Below, one piece after another: positions 13,681 through 27,900 of a stretch of 64,000 nt of DNA; positions within the stretch are counted from its first letter, which is position 1; each line of letters begins with the position of its first letter. The position numbers and the translations under genes are program-made. The notes below the pieces were generated by a model that searched no databases, had not been told where the DNA came from, and worked only from the letters and a program-made list of their open reading frames with translations. This DNA is from Eledone cirrhosa (taxonomy: Eukaryota): NCBI GenBank assembly GCA_964016885.1, contig OZ024761.1, forward strand, positions 4,588,001 through 4,652,000, in the 5' to 3' direction.

Positions 13681-14059
13681 CAATAATAATAATAATTGTT
13701 TCTACTTTTGGCACAAGGCCAGCAATTATCCCAATACATTACTGGTACTTTATTTTATCGACCCCGTAAGGATGAAAGGCAAAGTTAACTTCGGCGGGAT
13801 TTGAACTCAGAACGTAAAGGGTCATAATGGTTTCTTATATAGGCACAAAGCCAGCAATTTTGGGGGAGGGGAAAGTCGATTAAATCGACCCCAGTGTGTG
13901 ACTGGTACTTTATTTTATCGACCACTTAAGGATGAAAGGCAAAGTTAACCTTGGCGTGATTTGAACTCAGAACATAAAGGGCCGTAACTCTATGCTGTAA
14001 AGCATGGTGTCTGACGCTCTGCCGATACTGCCCTCAATAATAATAATAATATTAATAAT

Positions 14060-17000
14060 AATGGTTTCTTTATTGGCCACAAGGGCTGACTCGAAGAAAA
14101 ACATTAGAGACGGCACAAAACAGTACAGGACGATACAAAGTGGGTTTTGGTTGTGTAAACAGGTTATAACAAGATAATTTTCTTTTTACTTGCCACCAGG
14201 GCATCAAAAAGCGGGACAAGTACAATGGAAGGAGTTTACATAAAAAGGCGTCCTCAATAAGGAGGAGGCAATAACAAAATATAAAAATAAAATAAAATAT
14301 AACAAAATAAAATTTATAACAAAATCCTCAATAGGGAGGAGGCGTCTTGGGGGGTCGCACACACCCCCGAAAAAAAGTGTGCAACCCTTCTCCTCAGGAG
14401 CACAAAGAGGGGGTGCTCCCTTGGTCTTTCATCTTCCTCACCTATAGTCTGATGTAGAGTGAAGGCCCATTCACACGGGCCATTTTCGCCACTTTCACCC
14501 ATCTTTCATAAAAACGGCTGGGGTGCAGCACCTCTCTCTCCATTCTGATCCTTCTTCCGAAATGCTATCGGAAGAAACGGACCAGTTGTTGGCCAGAGAG
14601 AAAGGTGTCTGACCTCAGTCCTTTCAGACGCGTCCACCATACAACCTCTTTAGGTTATAACAAGATAGAAATCGGGATAGAAATAAAAAAAATTCAAACA
14701 ACAAAAATTTCCCAAGAAGGGGGAAACCTCCGAGGGTCACTCGTGGTGAAAACCACACAAAAGACCACGGCCACCCAGACCATCAGGGCAATCGCCCTCT
14801 CTCACTTTTACCACTCCTCAGTCTACAGGCGTATACTCAGAGCGGGTCCGTTCACTCGGACCTGACTCGCCACTTTCACCCACCTTTCAACAAACTTACT
14901 AGAAGACAGCACTTACCTCTTCACCCTGATTTTCCCGTATTTCACCTGCTGTTATCGGCTTTTCGCAGCACTGCGCTGCGGTCGTCGAGAGCCGTGGCAG
15001 TCCGTCGAGTATGCCCCGAAGTCCATACTCCGAGCCGGCCTGCCGCCGCTCCCGAACAATTGAGCAAAGTGCTACTGAAAAGCTGCACACATCTGCTCGG
15101 GTTCGAGCAACATGCGCCTGTTTTGATCAGGCAAAGACCGAATTGTGGACTTGTTGCCACGTCGCGCCTCCATCCACCCGGGCCCATTGAACGGCTTTCG
15201 TCTCCTCGTGTCTTAGAGCACGCGCTCTAGCTCTGACAGCACAGCCTCCATGCTTTGCGTTGAAGAATTGGTCGAGTGACAATCTCGCCGCAAGCACGTC
15301 AGTTGCGATGCCTGTCCTAAACGCCTCTTCTAGCTTTCTAACTAACTCTCCCTCTACTCTATTTTCCTCTATCACTACTCCTTTGCTAAACCTTATCGAT
15401 TCTACTCTAATAGCCCTTTTCAGGGTAAACCATCACCTGTTGTTGACGATCGCACCCGTCAACGCACGCTTAACTAATTCGCTAATCCGGTCCCTGTAAG
15501 CTTTGCGCGCCGGGAACGACGCGTTCAGCTTCCAGTAGCCGGGCCCTTGCCTATGGAGTCTATCTAAGTTAACTTCACAGATCACAAATTTGTGGTCAGT
15601 GTAGACGACTACTTTAAATTGTGGACAACCTACACTAGCCTTATCTGTTTCCCTACAGAATACCCTATCTAAATACGAACGGGATAACCCGATGCGGTTT
15701 GCCCATGTCCAGTTTGGCACATTCGGATAATCCAGTCTCTACCTGTCAGACAGTTCAAAACGTCTGAGCAGGTTGTTGAGGCTTTTGCACCCTCCTCCCC
15801 TGTATACTAGCCCCACATAATCCCAGCATGCATCTTAGATACCGTTCCAGTCGCCCACTAACACTAAAGTGCGGGACGTTCCAATAAAGGTCTCTAGACG
15901 TCTGAAGAAATCTGGCCGTCCTTACCCTGTTGGGGCGTAGACGGCTACTAGCCTCAAAACATTGCCTTCGCTGTCGGTCACGTCCAGCACCACCGACTTA
16001 CCTTCTGGGTCCAGGAAGATGGTCCGTATGGCGAGATCCAAGCCTCTCTGAAAAAGCACGGCAACTCCTCCCCCCGATCCTGGACGGTTGGGAGATGCGT
16101 ATACATCGTAGCCGCCGAAGATCGGTGCGAAGACTTGTGCTTCGGAGATTCTGGTCTCGCTGATGGCCACCACATCTATATTTAGTGACCTGAGGTCGTT
16201 GAGTAGGTGACCCTGCTTCCAAGATGACCCCAGGCCACGTACATTTATACTGCCTATTCTAAGTACGGTCATGTTGGATGAGAAGTGGGGTAAGTGAGAA
16301 AGGATCACTTACCTTGATCGTGTGGTGAAGGGACAGTAGAACCGACCCTTTGGCTCGTCATGGGTGTTTCCAAGAGGATGTCAGTGTATATCCTCCTGGT
16401 AACCGACCCTCTGAAGTCTCCAACTGCGTTGAAGAATTTTTGTTTTAAAAGTTTGTACTGTTCTATTTTGATTTCAATGATGCTTATGTTTGTCGGGAGA
16501 GTTCTTGGTGTTGGTGGGGTGTAGTAGTTTTTTCCTTGATGTCTGTGTGCTGCTAATATGTTGTATGAGTTCTTTATTTGCCATGTTTATGGCTGTGTAC
16601 CTTTTGGGGGGTGGGGGAGGGGTGATTTTGTTGCTGTTTTCTTGTTGTTGCTGTTGGGTGTGTGCGTCTTGTTGTGTTTGCGATGTTGGTGTTTTTGGTG
16701 ATACTGGTGGTGGTGTGGTTGTTGTTGGTGGTGATAGTGATGGTGGTGGTGTTGCTGCAAGTCTCTTTGCAGCCTATACCCCTCTTTGTCTGCCTTCACT
16801 TTTGGAGTGTGAAGCTAAGGGGTTTTTCCTTTTTTTTTGTGGCAGACCGTTTGCCACTTCCCTCCCGCCTCATACTCAATGTCAGATTCCGTGGCGTTTG
16901 GGAGGGGTATGAGCTCCACCGCTGTTGGAGGTGGTAGTGGAGCTCGCTCCGGCGATTTTGCCGCCGGTGTAGCTACTGCGACTGTTGGTGTTGCCGCCAC

Positions 17001-18437
17001 TGCTGCCGCTGCTTTAGTTGTCTGTGGCCTTGGTATAGGTGCCACGGACGTTGCCCTCCTACTCACTATGGAAGGGTCTTCTGCCTCTGTTGCCTGCCCT
17101 GCTCTTGGTAGCAGCGGATCAGGCGTCGAAAGGAGGGGGGTCCTATTCTTGGTTGTCTTCTGCGGGCAGAATGCCCTGAGGTTACCCTTCTGCCCTGCCC
17201 ACGGTTATAGTGAGTTGGAGTCCTTCTTCGAGGTCTATGATGTCTGGGATGGCCTCGATGCACTCCTGGTCAGTCTGTATTAGCATTTGCATGCCTATTC
17301 CTGGCCAGTTCTCTTTTCCCATTCTCTGTATTTGCAGTATGGTCGTCTTCTCGATTCCAGCCAGTACAGACGGCCAGCCAAGATATGGGCACATCAGGTG
17401 GGACCTGGGTCACTTTGACACTCACAATTTTCTGCCCGTCGTAGGAGGGCACCAAGACTATCTCCTCACTCTTTAGGGTTTCCAAAGAGTGAGACTTCGC
17501 CTCTTGTGGGGTGGCGAAAATTACGTCTACTGTGGCGTCATTTTTGCCTCGGGTGATGTGGGTTTTGCGCGCCCAGACACACCCCAAGGCCTTTTGGATT
17601 TGAGCCTCCGTGGCTCTCTCCACCCGATGTGACATTTTGCTTACGGTGCAGTAAGGCACCGTGCGCAGCTGCTGGTCTTATGAAGAAATCGGGTGGAGCT
17701 TTCAGGAAAACTCTATTGTCGTTTCTTGACACCATGGCTCTTGCCACTGCCATCTCCTCCTCCGTGACTAACACTGTCTCTATATTTCGGGCCACATCTG
17801 CGAAAGAAGTGGCCTCTTTTTTTAGCAGCATCATTTTTGCTGCAGCTACTGCTGCTACTGGTCTTGTTGTTGGTGCTGTTGCTGTTGCTACTGCTACAAA
17901 CGGTGTTGTTGGTGTTGTTAACACTGTTGTAGTTGGTTGTGTTTTTGGTGCCACCGTTGTTGTTGTTTTCGGTGTAATTTGTATTGTTGCTGTTGGTGTT
18001 GTCGTTGTTTATTTTCTTGTCAGTGGTGTTAATATCGTTGTTGCATTTGTCATTTTTTTCTGTTGTCTGTATTTTGGTTGACGCTGTTATTGTTGTAGTT
18101 GGTGTGGTAATTTTTTCAAAATTAGTGTTCTCACTGTTGTCTTTGTTCACGTTGTTTGTGGTGGTGTTTGTTGTATGAATTTCACTAACCCTCCTCTCAA
18201 CTTTTACGCCGTTCTCAGACGACAGCAGACATATTGCTAGGGGGCGTGGCTCATCCATGTTTTTTTGTTTTTAAACAATTTTTTTTTTAAAGTAAAATGT
18301 TCAAATATTTGGGCCAAAAGGGCAAAGTCTAAGGGCTTATATCTCTTACACAACAAGAAATATTTAACAACAAATAATTTTAACGAGCAAATAAAGCGAC
18401 TTACTGGGAGCGAGCAAAAAGCGTCCGAACAGACCGA
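14060..18437 (-). mobile_element. Tx1-clade LINE with ORF1 and APE endonuclease but lacking the RT domain, followed by a second 3' end
   Basis: N/T/A-rich ORF1 (18258 to about 16320) with knuckle remnant GQKGNLRAFCP; ORF2 SINVRGL, AISET, AVYAP, YLDR, TDHK, GYWKLN; then a direct jump to the C-terminal KFVERW near 14940. Confidence 0.85.
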
Positions 18438-19149
18438 TAATAATAATGAGGGCGAGCTGCTAGTTCTTCATTACAGTCTATCTAACTATATATATTTGAT
18501 AAGATGAATTTTACTAATACATCGAAACCGGTTATACTTTATATACTTTATAAAACTCTTTTTCTAAAGAATTGTCCCTTTGTCATCTTTGACGAATCAA
18601 AGAAAGGAAAAAGAAAAGAAAAACAGACTCTAAAATATATTTTCCGTGCTATTTCCAATTTCACCTTCTCTCTCTCTCTCTTTATCTATCTATATCGGTG
18701 CACCCGGGCAATTAACCCACTCGATATGCAAATTGGGCTACTCAGCCGTTAATATGCATAAGGTAAGTATATACGTTCAACAATCTGGCAGGAAGGTATA
18801 CGTTGCTGACGATAGCTAATAAGCTTGAAACTAGTACAGCGTTCCTTTGTCAGTGTTGAACAAACGAGCAACGATGGTTGCTGGACACTACGGCTTAATA
18901 CGGGATGTTTGTTTAAAACACACCGAGCATTATAATAAATGTTCGGTGAATCCATACGTATATATATATATATATGTGTGCATGTATGTATATATATATA
19001 CATACTACTGTACGTCTGTATACATATATGTATGTACGTGTACATACTTATATTTAAGTAACAGCCGTACTAAGAGTGGGAAATGAAATTTCGTTTCATT
19101 TTTTCCGTTTATATATATATATATATTTATTTATTTATTAAAATTACAG

Positions 19150-19206
<57 letters not shown>

Positions 19207-19625
19207 TTAATACAATAACAGAGAAAGCTTTAAGCTAAACTCCGACTGGTAACCATCTCACTCAACAAACATTAGGATATACGTTAGTATAATCCCAATT
19301 TTGTGTTTGGGGTGCTAACTATATGTATTTTGTGGAAAGCCAGTTGTATTATTTTATATGAGATATAATTAAAATAAAAAAAATAAAAAAAATAAAAATA
19401 TATATATATATATATATTGGAATAAATGCTCTGAAATAGCGATATATATGTGAATATAGACATAGAATATTCGAAAATATTCTGTATGTTTATAATAAAC
19501 ATTTTGAAGACCTAATCGCTATAGAATAGAATACGTCACGTATTACAATTAGATTCTCGATAAATTAGGTCTTCAAAATGTTTATTATAAACATACAGAA
19601 TATTTTCGAATATTCTATGTCTATA

Positions 19626-19667
<42 letters not shown>

Positions 19668-19670
<3 letters not shown>

Positions 19671-19865
19671 CGAAGGAAGTGTGGTAAGGAACCAGGTGGA
19701 CCATAACGCACCAGAGTACTCAATACTTTGGGTAGTAGAGTGGGTAATAGGAAAATGTTCAATACCCCGACGGCAGAGCTCAAGCCATTTCGACGGCTAT
19801 TTCTGGAGTTCAGAAATAGCCGTCGAAACGGCTTGAGCTTTGCCGTCGGGGTCTTGAACATTTTC

Positions 19866-19868
<3 letters not shown>
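19668..19868 (-). mobile_element. Short fold-back element (Penelope-type terminus with inverted 5' duplication); relatives at 3900-3995, 21188-21383, 26143-26337(+), 52476-52605
   Basis: Shared tactcaatactt.gggtagtagagtgggtaatagg and gagctcaagcc.tttcgacggcta motifs; internal palindrome of about 55-60 bp; flanked by (TA)n. Confidence 0.75.
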
Positions 19869-19903
<35 letters not shown>

Positions 19904-20640
19904 GGAGGTAGAACACTGGGAGGTAGTATCTGTAGTGGTAGAGCACTCAGTCCATGAGTAGAAGTATTGTTTCACCTAATGCGGATCTTCAGCTCGGACT
20001 GAAGATCCGCTAAGGTGAAACAATTGTTCTCGGTATGGTGAACTAACTGTTGTGTAACCACTTCTATATATATTACAACGAAGCCCTAGCCCGTAGCGGA
20101 TTTAAAGATAAGATTTCTTATCTCAGAGTAGCCCCACGCCCACAGAGGAGGAATAGGAAGAGGCAAATTAGCTGGTACAAACCCCCTTCAACCGCAAGAT
20201 ATCTACACCTATAGCAAACAATTTTTTTACTTTATTATATTATACTGTAAACAATATATATATATATATATTTAAATACTTAATAAGTGTTAGTTTGTGT
20301 TTGTACTAATGTATATATGTATATATATATATATATATACATATATTAAGCTTTTTATTATCACCATCTATTATATTATATTCTATTCTATATCGTACTG
20401 TAATTCTCGCATTATATTGTCATTTGTGTTTCAAGTTTTTGCATTATACAATATTTACAATGTGGGTTCAACATGTTAATCACTTCCTTGCTATTTGGTC
20501 TATATCTATGTTTGTAACTGCTCACTCTTAATCTTAGCCTACTTTTCCTTGATATCCTTCCTAGGCTTTAATAGATGTATACTCCATATAATTCTGAGTT
20601 TTTGGCTTGTATTGGCCGATAGTGCTTCTTGTAGCTTTAC

Positions 20641-20681
20641 TTGCCCTGATGAGTCCTTAATAGGACGAAACATTGTTGGCT
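20641..20681 (+). ncRNA. Minimal hammerhead ribozyme motif
   Basis: GCC-CTGATGA-GTCC(TTAATA)GGAC-GAAA-CATTGTT-GGC, followed by AATAAA. Confidence 0.75.
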
Positions 20682-20832
20682 AATAAAGACTTTTGATGTA
20701 TTGAAGGCTTCTTTGGTTTATTTTTTTATAATTCTTCGGCTCTGTTTAATTACATTGAGCTATATCTTATACTGTCATTTCTATAATATGAAAAGGGTGT
20801 TTAACTCCAACACACTCTAATATTTTAATTCT

Positions 20833-20904
<72 letters not shown>

Positions 20905-21381
20905 TACACGGGTGTGTATGATTGTGTATAGAAGATTATATTAATAAAAGGAATTCCAACTTTGTCTCATTTACTCGTTTTATTTACAATCCTTTAAAAT
21001 TATAATAATATTATAATGAAATAGTATGGTAGAATAATAAAAATGTAAAATGTTAATTGAACAAGTACTTTCATGCTTTCGCAATCTTCAGGCTCATATT
21101 CAGTGGTGACAGTCAAGTTTGCAATTTTCATATATATATATACATATACACACACACATATATATATATATACATACATATATATATAACGAAGGAATTG
21201 TGGTAAGGAACCAAATGGACCATAACGCACCAGAGTACTCAATACTTAGAGTAGTAGAGTGGGTAATAGGAAAAAGTATGACCCCAACGGCAGAGCTCAA
21301 GCCGTTCCGACGGCTATTTCTGGACTGAAATAGCCGTCGAAACGGCTTGAGCTCTGCCGTCGGGGTCATACTTTTTCCTAT

Positions 21382-21429
<48 letters not shown>

Positions 21430-21436
<7 letters not shown>

Positions 21437-21822
21437 AGATCAAAAGATGGTTAAAGGAGTTCCATGTATTTTATTATGCGCATTTCAAAAACAAACATCA
21501 TCATGCAATAATATTTGTGTTTTCATCAGATAAAACAGGAGAACATGATATGAAGGCTAAAAAACACTTGTGGATAGTGCAGTTTTAAATCAACATATGA
21601 AAAGTGGTTTTAGATTGATGTGTGATATTGGGAAAATATTGATTTATTGGGAAAATATGTTGATTTAAAACTGCACTATCCACAAGTGTTTTTTAGCCTT
21701 CATATCATGTTCTCCTGTTTTATCTGATGAAAACACAAATATTATTGCATGATGATGTTTGTTTTTGAAATGCGCATAATAAAATACATGGAACTCCTTT
21801 AACCATCTTTTGATCTTATATT
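21430..21822. repeat. Near-perfect inverted repeat, arms about 170 bp, spacer about 55 bp
   Basis: aatataagatcaaaagatgg...aatcaacata mirrored by tatgttgatt...cttttgatcttatatt. Confidence 0.9.
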
Positions 21823-21934
21823 ATGTATACTCCAGTCCTACAAACTGTAGAGTGCTTCTTATCCGATATCTGCATTGCTTTATTGTACTACAATAAAACT
21901 CACCTCCTACATATATATATATATATATATATAT

Positions 21935-22304
21935 TATTATTATGTAATAAACAACATAAGGCAATTATTCCATTTACCAGTGGTTTCTTAAAAGCAAAAG
22001 GTTTTGCATTCACTCCTCAGAATGAAAAAATCCTGGTTTGTTTAATGAATTTGGATTATAAAAACAAAAATACAATCTATATGAAAGTGAGGCTGGAGAA
22101 GGGAGAAGGAAAGGAAAAATAAAATAAAACTACACATGCAAACACACACACAAAAAACCCCAGAAGCATACTTACACACACATACATATATACATATATA
22201 TATGTACGCATACATATATACATATACACATATATATAAAACGTACACTTAAATACACATACACATATATACACACATATACACATACATACATTAATAC
22301 ATAT

Positions 22305-22337
<33 letters not shown>

Positions 22338-22361
22338 CGCATACATACACACATATATATA

Positions 22362-22403
<42 letters not shown>

Positions 22404-22841
22404 CACACATACACACACATACACATGTGTGTGTACAAGCATACACATACACAAACATAGCCATACACACACACATATATATAGATATACATACATTCAC
22501 ACAAACATACAAAACGTACATACATACACATACATGAATGCACTCCACTACATATTCACACACGCAAATAAATATAAGAAAAAATATATATATATATATA
22601 TATATAAAAAAATTTTTGACACCGATACATGACCCAGCTAACAGGACAGACACGCGTGGTAAGTAATACACACAAAAGCACGTATACATACGTACGAAAT
22701 AGTAAACACATACACACACTCTCATACATAAATATACATAAACAAATACAAAAACACATACATACACATACATACACAAACACGCACACGTATATAATAT
22801 AAACACACACACATGTATATGTAATTATATACACACACACA

Positions 22842-22875
<34 letters not shown>

Positions 22876-23059
22876 AAAATATAAAAATATAAACGCACAC
22901 ACACACACACATATACGTAAACACACATATACATACATAGCTAAACAATTATACACATGCAAATACGTATATATCAAAAACACGCACAACCAAATACAAA
23001 TACACACACACACACACAACCACACACACACATACATAAAAATAAATACACACACACAT

Positions 23060-23126
<67 letters not shown>

Positions 23127-23407
23127 TATACGTACATATACACATATGCATACACATACACACACACATATACATGTGTGTATGTGTAAAACTCAGTATT
23201 AGAAAAGGCAAATGAACCTTACATAAACGTATATATAGTAGTAAAGTAATAAAGCAACATAAGGCAATTGTTCCATTCACCAGAGGTTTCTTAAAAGCAA
23301 AAAATGTTTCCTTCAATCTTCAGAATGAAAAAAATGAAAAAAACCTGGTTTATCCACATATACATACATATACACACACAAATATACATATATATACACA
23401 TACACAT

Positions 23408-23443
<36 letters not shown>

Positions 23444-24612
23444 ATATACATACATATATACATATATATATATATACATATATATATACACACAAAAATA
23501 CATACACATACACATAGGTATGTGAAGGGCAAAACAAAAAGAATATATGGGGGGGGGGGGCTAAGAGGAGGTAAAATATAAGGGGAGGTAAGGGAGAACA
23601 TTTTTTAGTAAATATACAAGAGTACAGAAGGTAGAATCAGCAAAATAAAAACCGTAGCAGAAGTAAAGAGCAGGGAAGGAGTTCAAGGCGGTTGATTTAT
23701 CATAGGAGTGTCAATCCAGTTACAGATCAGATGCGATTTCAGATGAGGACAGCATCTGAAGATCTCAGTCTTTGAGTTAAGGCAAGCGGAAGTGGCTCTC
23801 AAGTTTAACAAAATCCTATACTTTTCTGTGGTACACAAAGAACAATTCTTTGTGCCCCTTTGGTACTCCCTCGAATGGTCTAATATAGACCAATCAATAG
23901 AGTACGGGATGTTGCTATCCTTGAGATCCCATACCTTACTTGCGAGGGCCGTTGATGTTCGTTTATCGGAGTGCTTAAAAGAAGCGACATGTGAGTAAAA
24001 TCTGGTTTTAAACCTGTCCTGGGTCATACCGACATATCGCTCACTCCTGGCTGGCTGGTTGTTGATTACTGGCGTTATCTTAGCCTCATAAACGACAGAT
24101 TTTGTGTTACATTTACTCTGCAATGGGCATTCATCCGGCTTCCTGCAACTGCATCCTGGATTTATCCTCGTACGGTTTGAACTGGTGATTTTGGACTTCA
24201 TAGATGGGCAACAAGAGTAGCTGATCTTAACTACATTCCTAATAAAAATCTTATAATGAATAGGAGGAAAATGTTTGTCTAATAGTTCAAGGAATTTCCT
24301 TCCTACATTAGTTTTGACAGTTAAAGAGAAGGGAAGGGAAGGGGTGTGTGAACCAACTGTGAACCAACTGTGAACCTTCTCTCTAACTGTTTTTTTGTGT
24401 GTGTGTTTGCATGTGTAGTTTTATTTTATTTTTCCTTTCCTTCTCCCTTCTCCAGCCTCACTTTCATATAGATTGTATTTTTGTTTTTATAATCCAAATT
24501 CATTAAACAAACCAGGATTTTTTCATTCTGAGGAGTGAAAGCAAAACCTTTTGCTTTTAAGAAACCACTGGTAAATGGAATAATTGCCTTATGTTGTTTA
24601 TTACATAATAAT
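21935..24612 (-). mobile_element. 5'-truncated Penelope-like (Naiad-type) element: GIY-YIG ORF 23683-24330, bounded by about 215-bp inverted terminal copies (21935-22150 and 24392-24612)
   Basis: CSCRKPDECPLQSKC, VVYEA...YVG...FKTRFYSH...CSLC..E; upstream PFS.TVKTNVGRKFL.L.DKHFP; a diverged terminus copy at about 23250-23350. Confidence 0.88.
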
Positions 24613-24701
24613 AATAATTAAGCTTTGTTGCCTACATAGAGCACTCTTTTTTCCTGGACTTTTCCGATGGAATTACTTCACTCATATATATATATATATA
24701 C

Positions 24702-24770
<69 letters not shown>

Positions 24771-24783
24771 CATATATATATAC

Positions 24784-24914
<131 letters not shown>

Positions 24915-25531
24915 CATATATACATACATATATATATGGTGGTTGCCAACTCGTTTTCCAGTACGGCCACTACTTTATATCCATGTAGGAGAACCCCTAC
25001 CGATGCGCTGAACGAGTGTGACGTTTTAGTCCAGCCAGCGACTTGAAAACTCTGGTACAAACACTACACTTGTGACAATTATTGACACATAGTGCTGGGC
25101 CTATGGTACCATGTGACGACAAGTGCAGAGAGATCTCCAGATATAAAGCAATGCCTGTGCCGTGAAGCTTTTATAGTGAGCAAAGGCACTGCACAAAGCC
25201 AGTCCCACTCTCTTAACCAAGATGATATTTACCAAAAAGAAGAACAAGTCAACATCATTGGATACCATCAGGGTTGCAGGTGTTATATCAGAGTTTTCCT
25301 TCTCCTAGAATTCTGCCTTGACAAAGGCTAAGGGGTCATCTCTCCCGGTGATTTTGGATGGCCATTGACTCTTAAGAGCTCCTTTGCCCTTTGACAGGTT
25401 TTGTTTTTAGTGCTGCAGGATGTCCAAAGTCAGCCTCCTCACCAAGAAACCTTGGTGGGGTTGCCAGTTTAGTCACCAACGACCCGACCATGAGAGAGGT
25501 TGTACTGTCATATACATATATATATACATAC

Positions 25532-25578
<47 letters not shown>

Positions 25579-25820
25579 TATATAAACATACATATATATC
25601 TAGTAGACAACTGATGAGGAAAACTCCCCTCCCCGTTCTTGCTTTCTTATTCTCATTCCATTTTTAAGCCCCCCCCCCCCCCATATATATATATATATAT
25701 ATGAACAATGAGTTAGAGACTTTGTTGATATGTAATCAACAGAACTATGTTCATAACAGATATGAAGCACTCGACAGTTAAAATTTATCGGTCACATTTT
25801 TATACATCTAATATTGTATT

Positions 25821-25872
25821 TTGTCTGAAGAAGGTATACTATAACTTAGTAACCCTGAAATATATATAACGA
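25821..25872 (+). ncRNA. Minimal hammerhead ribozyme motif
   Basis: TTGT-CTGAAGA-stem II-GAAA-TATATATA-ACGA, then AATAAA. Confidence 0.6.
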
Positions 25873-25915
25873 AATAAATTATAATGTTATAGTGATATAT
25901 TGTTCATTTATTACT

Positions 25916-25979
<64 letters not shown>

Positions 25980-27284
25980 AATATAGATGAGATTCTACAG
26001 GACTAGAACTGTTTCATTGTTTAGAACTCATCAGGAATCAGTCCTGTAGAATCTCATCTATATTAAAACTTTTATACTCTGCAATGTATTGAGTACCTTA
26101 CTTACTGTGGTTACCTCCGATCCAACCCGGAATATATATATATAGGAACAAGTAAGACCCCGACGGCTGAGCTCAAGCCGTTTCGACGGCTAATTCTGGA
26201 CCAGAATTAGCCGTCGAAACGGCTTGAGCTCAGCCGTCGGGGTCTTACTTGTTCCTATTACCCACTCTACTACCCTAAGTATTGAGTACTTTGGTGCGTT
26301 ATGGTCCACCTGGTTCCTTACCACATTTCCTTCGTTATATATATATATATATATATTGTTATACTTGGGGAGGGTCATATTGTTATAATATTGCCAGAAA
26401 TAATAACAGAACACACTCACTGTTTGGTTGGTTTTCGCTTCTGTATCTTTTATATCTCCATAGTTAATTTATTTAGCAATCATTGTTTATCACTGACTGA
26501 CCAACGGTTAAAAATACAGATATAAATATATAAATATAGTCGAACAAAATTCTTTCTAAGGCTAAGGGCCAGCGCCGTCTAGCGGATTCTAGCAGAAGCA
26601 GCGGGGAACAACTGTCTATGCGGATTTCAAGCTACTGGCTCTCATAGAGACTGCTTCCCTGCGGCTTTTGGCTGGAACAATTGTCTATCACGGCTAATAA
26701 TTGTTTCTACGTTTGGCACAAGGCCAGCAATTATCCCAGTACATTACTGGTACTTTATTTTATCGACCCCGTAAGGATGAAAGGCAAAGTTAACCTCGGC
26801 GGGATTTGAACTCAGATCATAAAGGGAGGTAACTCTATGCTTCAAAGCATGGCGCCCGACCCTCTACCAATACTGCCAATCCACAGAGTTGGACCAAGTA
26901 CCCCCAGTGACGGCAAACCAGTCGACACAGGCGTCTCAACCAGAGATGATTATCTAAATATAAATTTCTGTGATTCTGTCACAACACGTAAAGAGAGAGT
27001 AGTTTCCCTACCTCATACTACTCCTTTCTCTTTAAGTCTGCTGCCTGCGTGAATATATGTGTGTGTAAAAGGAACATACACACACATATACACATACGCA
27101 CACATATACACATATATATACACATATACACATATACACATATACACACATATAGACATACGCACACATATACACATTAACACATATATATATACACACA
27201 TATACACATACACACACATATACACATACGCGTCAGCATGTTGAGAAAGATCCTAGTAAAATCTCGCCAGTGATTTGTGTATGG

Positions 27285-27900
27285 AGGTGGGTTGAATTGT
27301 TTATAGGCTAACCAAGATACTCTCATGGAATGACCAAATGAGGTTTATTTTTCAATATAATCCCAGGAAAGAAACAATGTAGTTATTAATAAGAAGAGTT
27401 GGAATTAACGCATGCAAGATTTCACAGCCGTAGCATCACTCCTTCACAAGCTGACCAAGATACTCTCATAGCATGACCAAGAGTTGAAACTAATGTAAGA
27501 TTTCACAGCTCTAGCATCACTCCTTCACAGGCTGACCAAGATACTCTCATGGCATGACCAAGAGTTGAAACTAATGTAAGATTTCACAGCTCTAGCATCA
27601 CTCCTCCACAAGCTGACCAAGATACTTTCATGGCATGACCAAGAGTTGAAACTAATGTAAGATTTCACAGCTCTAGCATCACTCCTTCACAAGCTGACCA
27701 AGATACTCTCATGGCATGACCAAGAGTTGAAACTAATGTAAGATTTCACAGCTCTAGCATCACTCCTTCACAGGCTGACCAAGATACTCTCATGGAATGA
27801 CCAAATTAGGTTTATTTTTCAACATAGTCTCTGGCAAGAAAAAATGCAGTTATTAATAAGAAGAATTGAAATGAATGCATGCAAAATTTCACAGCTCTAG
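27285..27900. repeat. About 81-bp tandem repeat (about 4.5 units) built between two mariner-TIR-like segments
   Basis: Unit gctgaccaagatactctcatggcatgaccaagagttg...cttcaca; flanks resemble 45185-45262. Confidence 0.75.

Noticed and set aside
7530-24201. Selenocysteine-coding Naiad elements
   Set aside because: Some Naiad Penelope elements use in-frame UGA at Cys positions, but the conserved Cys positions in both endonuclease regions here (7530-7978 and 23683-24201) are ordinary Cys codons.
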